Below, in pieces: positions 1 through 19,404 of a DNA stretch of 64,000 bases. The notes under the pieces are model-generated. The model made no database searches, was not told where the DNA came from, and was given only the letters and a program-made list of their open reading frames with translations. Position numbers and translations under genes: made by a program. The DNA comes from the human T2T-CHM13v2.0 reference genome, Homo sapiens. Within the stretch, counting starts at the first letter, position 1. Each line of letters begins with the position of its first letter. Location: NCBI RefSeq assembly GCF_009914755.1, contig NC_060927.1. One strand, 5' to 3'.

Positions 1-614
1 CATTGCAACCTCTGCCTCCCGGATTCAAGCAATTCTCCTGCCTCAGCCTCCTGAGTAGCTGGGATTACAGGTGCCCGCCACCACGTCTGGCTAATTTTTG
101 TAGTTTTCGTAGAGACGGGGTTTCACCATGTTGGCCAGACTGGTCTCAAACTCCTGACCTCAAGTGATCCACCCGCCTCGGCCTCCCAAAGTGCTGGGAT
201 TACAGACGTGAGCCACCACGCCCGGGCTAAAATTTCTTTAATAGAGACAGTCTTGCTTTTTTGCCCAGGCTGGTCTCGAACTCCTGGCTTGAAGCAGTCC
301 TCTTCCCTTGGCTTTCCAAAGTGCTGGTATTACAGGCATGAGCCATCGCACCCAACCCACAAGACCATTCTCTATTTCTGTAGTTGTAGCTGTTACTTTT
401 GGCAGAGGGATCAATGATAATTAATTAGAAAGCCAAGTGCATGACCAGGGAAAAATCAACGCTGCAGACCTGTAGCCGTGTTGTTGGTGTGGCATAAATT
501 GGGATCGTGGCAGTGTGCAGGCCAAACTTCTGGGTCTACTGACATTGAACAAAAAAACTCTTATTTTGCCAACCAAAGACAGAATGTGCTGACTGAGCCT
601 TCTTTTTCACTTGA

Positions 615-938
<324 letters not shown>

Positions 939-1666
939 TGATACAAAGGTTAGAATAACAATATGTGACCTTACAGCTCTGGGCACTAAGACTACACTAT
1001 ATTGGATATGAAAAAACAGATGTCCCTGCATTCAAGTGACACATTTTATTTGTCAAATTTATGTATCTTTGTGTAAAAGATGAAGGGGATTTTTTTAAAA
1101 ACCAAAACCCAGACTTCCTGTCCTTAAGGAATTTATAATCCAGTTGGAGAAATAATGCCAGTCCAACTAGAGTTATGGATCTTAGAACTAAGGAATGTTT
1201 TATTTTGAAGGTTGCCTAGAGACCCACCTGGTCTGAAATTCCCTACCACAGTGGAACTCCCCCTACAAGGTACTCTGAAAATAGTCTTTTCAACTTTATA
1301 CCAACGTTTCTCTGGGGAAGAAGCCACCATTAATTTAATTTTTCTTTTAATTTAGAAAAGTAATATATACTTAATGTGACACATTTAAACAATGTGGCAG
1401 AGTGAGTAAAAAAGTCAAACTTCACCTTGGAACTCTCGCTTCTGCTTCCCCACTGTCTGTGAAGGACTATCACAGATTGATGAGGATGACTATTTTCTAT
1501 ACTGTGCAAACACATACATGAAGATTTACACCCCACACTTTATTTTTGTTATTTATTTATTTATGTTTTGAGACAGAGTCTCGCCTGTCACCCAAGCTGG
1601 AGTGAAGTGGCTCGATGGCTCATTGCAACCTCCGCTTCCCGACACCTCATACTTTAAATTTTAATC

Positions 1667-1965
<299 letters not shown>

Positions 1966-2253
1966 AATTTTAATCTGTTTTTAAACTTAAATAACATGTG
2001 TGTAATATAAAAGTCAAATAGAATAAGAGAATATGGCCGAGACTGCCTCTCACAAAAAAATAAAAATAAAAAGCTAGAGCCCCCTCTCAAAAAAAAAAAA
2101 AAAATTAGAGAGAGAATACACAATGAAGAGAAAGTCTCTTTCGTCTCCTTCCTTTCCCTTCTGCGCCTTGGTTCTACTCCCCAACAGCAATCCCTGTTAC
2201 TACTTCCATGTGTATCCTTCTGGAAATAGTCTATGCATTTACAATGCTTATAA

Positions 2254-2650
<397 letters not shown>

Positions 2651-3282
2651 TAGACTGAGTCTCACTCTGTCACCAGGCTGGACTGCAGTGTCGATCTTGG
2701 CTCACTGCAACCTCTGACTCCCGGGTTCAAGCGATTCTCCTGCCTCAGCCTCCCCAGTAGCTGGGATTACAGGTGCGTGCCACCATGCCTGGCTAATTTT
2801 TGTATTTTTAGTAGAGACGGGGTTTCACTGTGTTGGCCAGGATGGTCTCAATCTCCTGACCTCGTGATCTGCCTGCCTTGGCCTCCCAAAGTGTTGGGAT
2901 TACAGGCGTGAGCCACCCCGCCCGGCCCACACCGAGCCTATTTTTTAAATGCAAGTATTAGCATACAATATATAATATTTTTCCCTTAATAATATATCTT
3001 AGGGCCTGGTGCAGTGGCCAACGCGTGTAATCCCAGCACTTTGGGAGGCCAAGGCAGGAAGATCAGTTGAGCCCAGGAATTCGAGACCAGCCTGGGCAAT
3101 GTGGCGAATCCCCATCTCTACAAAACCGAAAATTAGCTGGGTGTGATGGCTGATGCCTGTAGTCCTAGTTACTCAGGAGGCTGAGGTGGGAGAATCACCT
3201 GAGCCCGTGAGGTTGAGACTTCGGTGAGCTGTGATCGGGCCACTGCACTCCAGCCTGGGTGGCAGAGTAAGATTCTGTCTCA

Positions 3283-3453
<171 letters not shown>

Positions 3454-3639
3454 TCAGGCCTGATGGCCTGAGCCTGTAGTCCCAGCTACCTGGGAGGCTG
3501 AGGCAGGAAAATTCCTTGAACCTGGGAGATGAAGTTTCAGTGAGCCGAGATTGTGCCACTGCACTCCAGCGTGGGTGACAGAGCAAGACTCTGTCTCAAA
3601 AAAAAAAAAAAAAAAAGGAAAGAAAAGAAAGAGAGAAAA

Positions 3640-4230
3640 AATATATCTTAGACATCAAACCATTACATACAGTTGTTTTATTCATTTTAATAAGTGTATA
3701 GCATTTCATTGTATAGATATATCATTTATTAAGTCAATATCCTGTATGTGAATATTTTGATGTTTCCAATTTTTTGCTATTACAAACAAGGCTGCAATGA
3801 ATAACTGACTATACATCTTTTGTTTTCCATGAGTGTATGCAAACTTGCAGGATAAATACCTAAAGGCAGAATTGCTGGATCAAGGGGCATATTCATTTGT
3901 TATTTTGATAGACATTGCCAATTGCACTCAATAGAGGTTGTACCAATTTAAACTCCTTCCCTCAATGATGAGATACTTTTCCCCTATTTCTATCAGATTA
4001 TTAATTATATTTGTTTTTAGCCTTTGTCAGTTTGGTAGGGCAAAAATTGTTACACCTAGCTGTTTTAATCTGCACTTCTTTTATTTTGAATGAAGCTGAA
4101 TATTCTTTCGTAAACATAAGGATTGCTCATGTTAATTTTTCTGTACATTATCTGTTTATATCCTTTACCTGTTTTTCTATTTGCTATTTTTCTTTTCAAT
4201 ATATTTGTTGTATTTCACTTAATTTAAATT
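3640..4230 (-). mobile_element. Old L1 (L1ME-like) 3'/ORF2 fragment; related pieces at ~1330-1530, 1970-2260, 4690-4760, 6150-6260, 6565-6622, 7228-7370
   Basis: Typical antisense L1 text (TTTGCTATTACAAACAAGGCTGCAATGAATA...GAATTGCTGGATCAAGGGG...TTTTGATAGACATTGCCAA...GGTTGTACCAATTTA). Confidence 0.75.
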
Positions 4231-4675
4231 TAAGGCCGTGCGCAGTGGCTCACACCTGTAATCCCAGCACTTTGGGAGGCTGAGGCTGCCGGATCATTTG
4301 AGGTCAGTCACGGCAGTCACTTGAGACCAGCCTGGCCAACATGGTGAAACCCCGTCTCTACTAAAAATATAAAAATTAGCTGGATGTGGTGGTGGGTGCC
4401 TGTAATCCCAGCACTTTGGGAGGGCTAGGCAGTTAGATCACCTGAGATCAGGTGTTTGAGACTAGCCTGGCCAACATGGTGAAACCCTGTCTCTACTAAA
4501 AATAAAAAAATTAGTGAGGCATGCTGGCGCATGCCTGTAATCCCAGCTACTTGGGAGGCTGAGGCAGGAGAATAGCTTGAACCCAGGATGGGAGACAGAG
4601 GTTGCAGTGAGCCAAGATCACGCCACTGCAACTCCAGCCTGGGTGACAGAGAGAGACTGTTTCTCAAATAAATAA

Positions 4676-5215
<540 letters not shown>

Positions 5216-5290
5216 TAGGTTCAAGTGATTCTCCTGCCTCATCCTCCCAAGTAGCTGCGATTACAGGTGCCCACCACCACGCCTGTCTAA

Positions 5291-5472
<182 letters not shown>

Positions 5473-5709
5473 TAGTAGAGATGGGGTTTCTCCACGTTGG
5501 TCAGGCTGGTCTTGAATTCCCGACCTCGGGTGATCCACCCTCCTCAGCCTCCCAAATTGTTGGGATTATGAGCGTGAGCCACCATGCCCGACCTAATTTT
5601 TGTATTTTTAGTACAGAAGGGGTTTCACCATGCTGGTCTCGAACTCCTGACATCAGGTGATCCACCCCTGCTTTGCTAGGATTACAGGCATGAGCCACCA
5701 CTTGAATCA

Positions 5710-5870
5710 ATCTTCTTTCTTTCTTTCTTTCTCTTTCTTTTCTTTCTCTCGTTCTCTCTTCTTTCTTTCTTTTCTTTCTCTCTTTATTTTCTTCTTTCTT
5801 TCTCTTTCTCTCTCTCTTTCTTTCTTTTCTCTCTCTCTCTCTTTCTTTTCTTTTCTTTCTTTTTTTTTTT
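5710..5870. repeat. CT-rich polypyrimidine low-complexity tract (expanded Alu tail)
   Basis: Mixed (TTTC)/(CT) repeats abutting the tail of a minus-strand Alu. Confidence 0.9.
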
Positions 5871-6627
5871 GACAGAATCTCGATCTGTTGCCCAGGCTGG
5901 AGTGCAGTGGCACCATCTCAGCTCACTGCAACCTCCACCTCCTAGGTACAAGCAATCTTGTGCCTCAGCCTCCCGAGTAGCTGCAACTACAGGAGTGCCA
6001 CCAAGCCTGGCTAATTTTTTGTATTTTTTGTAGAGACAGGGTTTCACCATGTTGGTCAGGCTGGTCTCGAACTCCTGAACTCAGGCAATCTGCCTGCCTC
6101 AGGCCTCCCAAAGTGCTAGTATTACAGGTGTGAGGCACTGCGCCTGGCCTATTAACATTTTCTTTGACCGCTTCTTATTTTATTTATTTATTTGTGTGTT
6201 TGCTTTACCATCCTGAGGAAAGCTTGTCCATAGCAAGATTGTATATATATAAAAATTTTTGACCGGGCATGGTGGCTCACACCTGTAATCCCAACACTTT
6301 GGGAGGCCGAGGTGAGTGGCTCACCCACCTCGGTCAGGAGTTCAAGACCAGCCTGACCAACATGGAGAAACCTCGTCTCTACTAAAAATACAAAATTAGC
6401 CGGGTGTGATGGCACATGCCTGTAATCCCAGCTACTCTGGGAGGCTGAGGCAGGAGAATTGTTTGAATTTGGGAGGCAGAGGTTGCAGTGAGCCGAGATT
6501 GCGCCATTGAACTCCAGCATGGGCAACAAGAGCAAAACTCTGTCTCAAAAAAAATAAAATAAAATTCTCCCATGTTCTCATCTAGTACTTTTGTGCTTTC
6601 ACTTTTCATATTTCAATCTTTCCTCCA

Positions 6628-7222
6628 TGTAGAAAGTAAAAAGTTCCTCTTTAAACTTTCCCTTCTTGTTAAGGAATAAATCATAAGTGTTAGAAATAAT
6701 AGTTTTTTTTTTAAAGACTAACTTCCTTTAAGCCTCCTTACTTTATGCTAATAACTTTTTGTTAGGCTCTATCCTACGTAGCTGTTAAACATGCTCACAG
6801 GCACGTAGTACATTCTATGTCCTTGTACCTTAAGCAAAATATTTGTGCTGGACATGCTCACAGGCACGTTCCAGCTCGCAGCCTATGCCCCTTCCTTATT
6901 TGGCATAAGCAATTTCCTCTTTTCCTTTGTCTTTCCATTCCTTTCACCTATTTAGAAAAGTTTTAAACTGTTAGCCAATCAGGTTTTAGTTTAGATTGTG
7001 TGGTCTGGCTCCAGCCAATGGAGACAGGACACAGTAGCAGGGACAAACTGCGTAAGGAATAAAAATTGCTTCCCTCCTTTGTTCAGGTATGCTTTCGCCA
7101 TTATTCCATCTGCAATGAGCACCCTTTCTGCAGAAAGTAAAGATTGCCTTGCTAAGAGGATTAAATTTATGTTGAAGTGCTATTTCTTTGTGGCACCAGG
7201 GAACAAGCATTTACATGTAACG
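6628..7222 (+). mobile_element. Solo LTR of the LTR10 (HERV-I, ERV1) family
   Basis: Starts TGTAGAAAGTAAAAAGTT, ends ...TGTAACG; perfect 5-bp TSD CTCCA (6623-6627 / 7223-7227); two CCAAT boxes (~6975, ~7015); resembles recalled LTR10 consensus; splits a colinear L1 fragment. Exact subfamily uncertain. Confidence 0.85.
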
Positions 7223-7315
7223 CTCCATAAGTAGTTTATTTTGATACAAAGCATGAAGTGTTGATCCAATTTACTTTTTTTCTAGATGGCTCTCCAGATT
7301 TCCCAACACCTTTGA

Positions 7316-7635
<320 letters not shown>

Positions 7636-8441
7636 TGACCTCAGGTGATCTGCCCCCCTTGGCCTCCCAAAGTGCTGGGATTATAGGCATAAGCCACTGT
7701 GCCCAGCCTATACCCTACTATTTTAAGAGGCAGGAGAATTGCTTGAGGCCAGTAGTTCTAAACAAGCCTGGGCAACACAGTGAGACCCTGTCTCTACAAA
7801 AAAATTTTATAAAGTTAGCTGGGCATGGTGGTGTGAGCCTGTAGTTTCAGCTACTTGGGAGGCTGAGGTAGGAGGGTCACTGGAGCCCAGGAATTTGAGG
7901 CCACAGAGAGCTATGATTGCACCACTGTACTCAGGGCATCTATAGGATAATGGCTTATAGGAGATTCCAGCCTGGTCTACAGCAAAACTTAAAATTGTTT
8001 AAAAAATATTTTAATATTGACTATATTAAATATATAAATTTCTTGTGAATTGACATCTTTATAATATCGAGTCTTCTCAGCCAATATGCATATTTTCCTC
8101 CCTCTACCAATTTTTTTTTTTTTAATAGGGTTTTGCTCTGTTTTCCAGGCTGGAGTGCAGTGACACTATCACAACTCACTGCCGCCTCGACCTCCTGGGC
8201 TCAGGTGATTCTCCTGCCTCAGCCTCCTGTATAGCTGGGACCACAGGCATGTGCCACCACACCCAGCTAATTTTTAAAATTTTTTGTTGAGGCGAGCTCT
8301 CACTTTGTTGCCCAGGTTGTTCTTGAACTCCCAGGTTCCAGTGATCCTCCCGCTTTGGCCTCCCAAAAAGTGCTGGGATTCCAGGAATGAGTCACTGCGC
8401 CCAGCCCACCTTGTTTTTTAAAAATTTATTTTTATTCTTAA

Positions 8442-8699
<258 letters not shown>

Positions 8700-8789
8700 T
8701 AAATGAATAAGTGAATGGGATCCCTACTCTAGATCTTACAGGACATTTTTTTATGACCTCAGTTCTCGCGTTCCAAGATAACGTATCTT

Positions 8790-9040
8790 CACTTACGCAT
8801 ATCTCATAACCAGACTTCTTCTGAGTCCAATCAAAGGGATTCAGGAGCTGTTGTTTGGCCAGTTATGACTCCTGCTAACTGCCCTGTCTCCCACTTTTCT
8901 TCCTGGCCACAGAGACACCACGGGACCTTATCTACCCTCTTGCAGAATTTCAGATACACTGTGTCTCCAATATTCTCGGAAACCATCCAGTTTAGTAACC
9001 CTATCAAAAACGGAAATGAGTTTAGCTTGGCAGGAAATGA
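8790..9040 (-). mobile_element. CR1/L3 LINE fragment (reverse transcriptase region)
   Basis: ORF 8831..9076(-) contains SFPAKLNSF...VSENIGDTVYLKFCKRVDKVP, resembling the CR1 RT motif SCLTNLISF...VDEGNAVDVVYLDFSKAFDKVP. Confidence 0.7.
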
Positions 9041-9339
9041 GGTCAGTTTGGCAACTGATAGTGAAACATTGAACAATGTAGGAGTTAGTGGTAGTTTGAG
9101 TTAATGCAAGTCATGTTGCAAGGAGGTGCAATAAGAAGATCAAATGGGCTGTGAGCTGTGCAGGGTAATTTGGGCTGAAAGAGGGAAGACCCCTGTAAAC
9201 TGATGATTGTTTGCTTTGTGTGTACCTTGGGCAGGTGAGTGCATAGTGGAGGACTTCTGAGTCCTCCCAACCTAGATACAGATCTCTCAGGGCATCTATA
9301 GGAGAATAGCTTTGACTAAAATCAATTAGCGCCATATAT

Positions 9340-9490
9340 TGGGCCTTTCATGCCCTGTGCTAAACATTTGTTATCTCTAGTCCTCCCAGTACCCCTGCTA
9401 AATGGGTAATAGTATCCATTTCACAAAGAATGGCACTGAAGTTTAAATTACTAAAGGATCTGCCCAAGGTCACAGAGCACAAATCTAGAG
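9340..9490 (-). mobile_element. MIR fragment
   Basis: Core-like text ATCCATTTCACAAAGAATGGCACTGAAG...TGCCCAAGGTCACAGAGC. Confidence 0.6.
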
Positions 9491-11179
9491 CTTTAATGAA
9501 TTCCTTTCCAAGTAGACGTTGGTTTGAATCTATCTACTGGGGTATACAATGTGTGATCAATTCTGAAATATTACATTTAAGTCTTTGGAATTATTCTTGT
9601 TAATGGACCACATAACAGAAATAGAAGGGGGTCGGGCGCAGTGGCTCACGCCTGTAATCCCAGCACTCTGGGAGGCCAAGGCAGGCAGATCACCTGAGGT
9701 CAGGAGTTCGAGACCAGCCTGACCAATATGGAGAAACCCTGTCTCTACTAAAAATACAAAATTAGTCGGGCATGGTGGCACATGCCTGTAATTCCAGCTA
9801 CTCGGGAGGCCAAGGTTGCGGTGAGCCGAGATAGCGCCATTGCACTCCAGCCTGGGCAACAAGAGCGAGACTCCATCTCAAAAAAAAAAAAAAAAAAAAA
9901 AAAGAAGTAGAAGGGAAGAGTCAATGTAGAACTACAGAAAAAAATGTAGGATGGTTACCAAAGATGATCAGCATGTTCAAATTTTCATGTGTCATTTTCC
10001 ATCAAAAGCTAATAAGCATAAAAGCTAATCAACAGAATATACCCATAAATGAAAATAATGATGCTGTTGATGTAGATGAGGGATACAGTTGTGTTCATTA
10101 ACCTCCTGTTTTATCTACATCTTTCCTGAATTTATGGAAACAATGATGCATTTATAACCAGAAAGAACAGAAGCCAATTAGAATTATGATTCCACGTGGA
10201 AGACATTTAATATTTTAATTGCAGCCTCATATCTTCTCATTTCTTCTGGACATTCCCTCCTGTCCCTCCCTAGACCCGCAGTTCTGCACCAGGATGTTTG
10301 AATTGATACGAAAGGAAAGAGTGCAGTTCTTCTTGGGTGGGGTAGCTGGGAGATGTGGTCTGAAAACTGCCAACAGTTGTTCTTCCATTCACTTGTAGCA
10401 ACTTGTCTGAGGGAGAGCAGAGTTGATATCTAGAGGCTCTTTCTGTGGTTTGTCTAAGCTAGTTGAGTTGGATTTCTTTCACTTGCAGCCACTGGCCTTC
10501 TATGGTCTGTTTGTGGCTCACCCCCTTGATCTGTCTCCTCTGTGTGTGTTGATGTTGGTGTGTGAGTCTCTACTCATTCTTTCTTGGAGTCTCCCTCTTT
10601 GCCAGTTTCCTTCCCTATCAGCAATGTGTTCTTGGAAACTATAAGTTTTAATACTTACTTGGCTGAAATAAGGTTAATTCTACATTTTAAGTTGACCTCA
10701 CTTTTTTTTTTTTTTTTTGAGACAAGGTCTCACTCTGTTGCTCGGACTGGAGTGTAGTAGAGTGATCGCTGCTCACTGCAGCCTCATCCTCCTAGCATCA
10801 AGTGATCCTCCCACTTCAGCCTCCCCAGTAGTTGGGACTACAGGAGCATGCCACTACACCTGGCTAATTTTTTCTTTTCTTTTTTCTTTTTTTTTTGAGA
10901 TGGAGTCTCGCTCTGTTGCCCAGGCTGGAGTGCAGTGGCGTGATCTCGGCTCACTGCAAGCTCTGCCTCCTGGGTTCACGCCATTCTCCTGCCTCAGCCT
11001 CCTGAGTTGCTGGGACTACAGGCGCCCGCCACTAATTTTTTATATTTTTAGTAGAGACGGGGTTTCACTGTGTTAGCCAGGATGGTCTCGATCTCCTGAC
11101 CTTGTGATCCGCCCATCTCGGCCTCCCAAAGTGCTGGGATTACAGGCATGAGCCACCGCACCTGGCCACACCTGGCTAA

Positions 11180-11377
<198 letters not shown>

Positions 11378-11624
11378 TGAGGACAGATACCTGTATTAAT
11401 TAATTAATTCGTTCTCAGGAACTATTTTTTTCACTAAAAGGTGAATATAAAGGTAATTTACCATAAAATTATCACACAATACACTTCAAAATCAAATATA
11501 TTAATGGAGTCATTATTTAGATTATTTTTGCCTTTTCTCCACTTCCTTGGTGGGAATGATCAGATTTGACTACAGAAACTCAATACCTTTGCCACCAACC
11601 ACAAACATTGGTGGCACTCCTTAG

Positions 11625-11906
<282 letters not shown>

Positions 11907-11909
11907 TAG

Positions 11910-12005
<96 letters not shown>

Positions 12006-13338
12006 TGAATCTTATTGCCATAGTTTTTTATTTATAAGTCAGCATCTGTTTGCTAAAGGAGCTTTCTGGGGCTCAAGCAATCCTCCCGCCTCAGCCCCTT
12101 GAGTAGCTGGGACTACAGGTACAGGCCACCATGCTTTACTATTATTTTTTAAAAATGTTTTTGTAGAGACAGGGTTTCCTTATATTGCCCAGGCTGGTCT
12201 CAAATTCCTGGGGTCAAGCAGTACATTCACCTTGATCTTCCAAAGTGCTAGGATTACAGGTGTGAGCCACCACACCCAGCCTCCTTCTTGACTCTTATAC
12301 TCCAAATATTTTGTTTGTTTGTTTTATTTTGAGATGTGGTCTTGTTATGCTGCCCAGGCTAATCTCAAACTCCTGGTCTCAAGCAATCCTCCTCCCTTGG
12401 CCTCCCAAGTAGCTGGGATTATAGGCATAGGCCATTGTGCCTAGTTTACCCTCAATATTTATAATTTATCAATGGATTCTTTTTTATTTTTATTTTTTGT
12501 AGGAAGAGATGGAATCACACTAATTTGTGCAGGCTGGTCTCAAACTCCTGGCCCTAAACTATCCTCCTGCCTTGTCTTCTCAAAGTGCTGAGATTACAGG
12601 TGTGAGCCACTGCACCTGGCCTATCAGTGGATTCTTATCCCATTCTATGCAGGATCCCGATTGGATTAAATTCAGATACTAATCCAACTGGTGGCTCTTG
12701 AGCCCTGTCGCCTATGCATAGGGCTCTGCTCATCAGTTGTGCTGGTGCTGTTCTGTGCAGGTGTGGCCGGGACCTGGGAGGATGCTGCAAGTAGATTTCA
12801 GGTTGAGACCCATGCCCAAGTTTGACCTGCTCCTATTGCTCATTGTTTAAGTTTAAAGGAGCATTGTTTAAACTCCCTTCTAAACCAGCAGTGTGGATTT
12901 TGCCTTGGTGTAGGCTCAAGATATTCCTGACTGGGTTTCAGTGACAGGAGAACTCCCTCTTTCCAGCTCAGACTGCCTTGCCACCCAGACAGAGGGATCA
13001 AAGTTCAGTCTATGTGACTGAACTAATTTGTGATTGTGTTTTGAGTAGTTGTTTCGACAATCAAAGTCAGCCTTAGCCCCGCATTGAACTTCTCACATGC
13101 TAAAAAGTGTCTGACACTCACAGCACCAGGTGGTAGTGGCTCCTGCTGGGCCATTCCCCTGCCTTACAGGTTAGGATCTGGAGTTTCAAGCTAGCGCTCA
13201 GCAAAGGAGAGTCCCAGAGCAATGAGGCATTGACTTTTACCCAGAGGCATAGCCTGAAGGAAGACAGTGACTTCAGGCTGGGAGCGGTGGCTCTCGCCTG
13301 TAATCCCAGCAATCTGGGAGGCTGAGGTGGGTGGATCA

Positions 13339-13614
<276 letters not shown>

Positions 13615-13947
13615 CTAGATAACTTATTTGGGTAGAAAACCAAAGTGCGGAAAGAAGGATAAACACAATTTGAATACTATTCCGTCTGCATCTCAGCTAA
13701 GTTAAAAAGTAGTTATACAAAGAAAAGGAGCTGAAAATATTTCATTGAAAAATCTTGACAGAGGTTTTCTCCTAATGATGGGATTACAGCTGATTTGTCT
13801 TTATATTCTTTTGTATTATATTCTATTGTTTTGATTTGTCTTTATATTCTTTTGTATTATCTTACTACTCTCTATTACCTTTACCTATTTGAAATTGTTT
13901 TACAAATTACAAAAATATTATAATATAGGCTTATTGTAAAATTTTCA

Positions 13948-14310
<363 letters not shown>

Positions 14311-14375
14311 TCACCCAAGAGTCAACAGCATTCAATGCCAGTCAATACCAAGGTATAACCACTGATAAAAATTTA

Positions 14376-14936
<561 letters not shown>

Positions 14937-14952
14937 ATCTCATTCTTTTTAA

Positions 14953-15363
<411 letters not shown>

Positions 15364-15525
15364 TGATAGCCAGGATGGTCTCGATCTCCTGTCCTCATGA
15401 TCCGCCCACCTTAGTCTCCCAAAGTGCTGGGATTACAGGTGTGAGCCACCGCACCCAGCCAGTTTTTGTATTTTCAGTAGAGACGCGGTTTCACCATGTT
15501 GGCCAGGATGGTCTTGATGTCTTGA

Positions 15526-15807
<282 letters not shown>

Positions 15808-16663
15808 TAGTGCAGTGGTGTGATCTCGGCTCACTGCAACCTCTGCCTCCCGGGTTCAAGCGATTCTCCCGGGTTCAACCCTCCCGGGTTCAAGCGATTC
15901 TCCTGCCTCAGCCTCCCAGGTAGCTGGGACCATGGAGGCGAGCACCACCATGCCCAGCTAATTTTTGTATTTTTAATAGAGTTGGGGTTTCACCATATTG
16001 GCCAGGCTGGTCTCGAACTCCTGACCTTGTGATCCACCCACCTCGGCCTCCCAAAGTGCTGGGATTACAGGTGTGAGCCATTGCGCCTGGCCGTTACACC
16101 TGGCTAATTTTTGTATTTTTAATTAAGAAGGGGTTTCACCATGTTAGCCAGGCTTGTCTCGAACTCCTGGCCTCAAGCTATCTGCCCACTTTGGCCTCCC
16201 AACATGCAGGGATTACAAGTGTGAGCCACCGCACCTGCCCTCATTCTTTTTTTCACTATTTTCCTGACATTCAATAGCTCATTCTTTTAAATTGCTGCTT
16301 AGTCTTTTATAGCATGAATGTATTATAATTTGATTAAATTGCTTATCAATGAATATAGAGGTCATTCCCAATCTTTTGTAATTACAGTCTATTCTGTATT
16401 CAAAATTATTGCATGTACTTCCCTGTATACATGTGTGTTTCTTCAGGATCAATTTAGAGAAGTGGAAGTTATGGGCCCAAGGTATATGCACTTAAATTCT
16501 GGACATAACTTGCCAAATTGCTCTTCCAAAGGCCCACCAATTTATTTTCTGCTCAACAATAAGAAAGAGTGATCATTCTTCCACAGCTTGCCAGTAATAA
16601 ATATTACTATATTTAAAAATTATTGATAATTCTACTTGCCCCGATGATATTATGTTGTTTTAA

Positions 16664-17017
<354 letters not shown>

Positions 17018-17966
17018 TAGTAGAGATGGGGTTTCTCCATGTTGGTCAGGCTGGTCTCGAACTCCCAGCCTCAGGTGATCCGCCCACCTTGGCTTCCCAA
17101 AGTGCTGGGATTACAGGCGTGAGCCACCACACCTCGCTTAATTTTTGTATTTTTAGTAGAGACGGGGTTTCACCATGTTGGCCAGCCTAGTCTCAAACTC
17201 CCGACCTCAGGTGATCTGCCTGCCTCAGCAGCCCAAAGTGCTGGGATTACAGGTGTGAGCCGCTGCGCCCAGCCCACATTTCTCTATTACTAGTAAGAAT
17301 GAGTAACTTTTTGTATCCTTATTAAATGTTTATATCTCTTCTATAAATTAAACCTTTATTGTCTTTTGTTTGTCACTGTCTTTCTTTTCTTTTCTTTTTC
17401 TTTCTTTTTTTTTTTTTTTTTTTTGAGATGGAACCTTGCTCTGTCACCCAGGCTGGACTGCAGTGGCACGATCTTAGCTCATTGCAACCTCCGTCTCCTA
17501 GGTTCAATTGATTCTCCTGCCTCAGCCTCCTGAGTAGCTGGGATTACAGGCACTTGCCACCACGCTCAGCTAATTTTTGTATTTTTACTAAAGATGGGGT
17601 TTTACCATGTTGGCCAGGCTAGTCTCAAACTGCTGACCTCAGGTGATCCGCCCACCTCAGCCTCCCAAAGTGCTGAGATTACAGGCATGAGCCAGTGTGC
17701 CTGGCTTTAATTTTATTTCTAAATATTTGATTGCCCCGTACCATGCCATGAACACTCATTCCATTTCACTGATTTGAGAATTCCATTTTTAAAATTTTTT
17801 TTTGAGATGGAGTTTTGCTCTCGTTGCCCAGGCTGGTGTTCAACTGCACGATCTCGGCTCACCACAACCTCCGCCTCCTGGGTTCAAACGATTCTCCTGC
17901 CTCACCCTCCTGAGTAGCTGAGATTACAGGCATGTGCCGCCATGCCTGGCTAATTTTGTATTTTGA

Positions 17967-18359
<393 letters not shown>

Positions 18360-18943
18360 TGATCCACCTGCCTTGGCCTCTCAAAGTGCTGGGATTACAG
18401 GCGTGAGCCACCGCGCCCAGCCTGTTTTTCTTTTTCTTTCAGACAGGGTCTCGCTCTGTTGCTCGGGCTGGAGTGTAGTGGTTTGATCATAGCTCACTGC
18501 AACCTCGACCTCCTTGGCTCAAGGAGGTCTCAGTCTCCCGAGTAGCTGAGACTACAGATGGCAGGTCACCATGTCTGGCTAATTTTTAATTTTTTTATAG
18601 AAGCAGAGTTTCATTATATTGCCCAGGCTGGAAAAATTCCATCTTTATTATAGACAAAATATTTTCATATATAAAATAATATGTTTTTGGATTTTCTATT
18701 CATTTCCATTCATTTGTTTATCCATGCAATGATGTCATATTGTGTAGATTACTATTGCTTTTTACTATGATTTGCTATCTGATAAGGCAACTTGCTTCAT
18801 TATTGATTATTTTCCAAAATGTTCTTTGCTGTGCTCGCACATTTTCAATTCAAATCTTGAGAATCAGATAAGCTTGAGGATGACCATATGATAATTACAA
18901 GAGATGTCAAAAAAGCATCTGATGAGCTGCGCGCCGTGGCTCA

Positions 18944-19354
<411 letters not shown>

Positions 19355-19404
19355 CTAATTTTTGTATCAGGAGAGGAATAGGAGTTTAGGGCTCTAGTAG
19401 CTAC

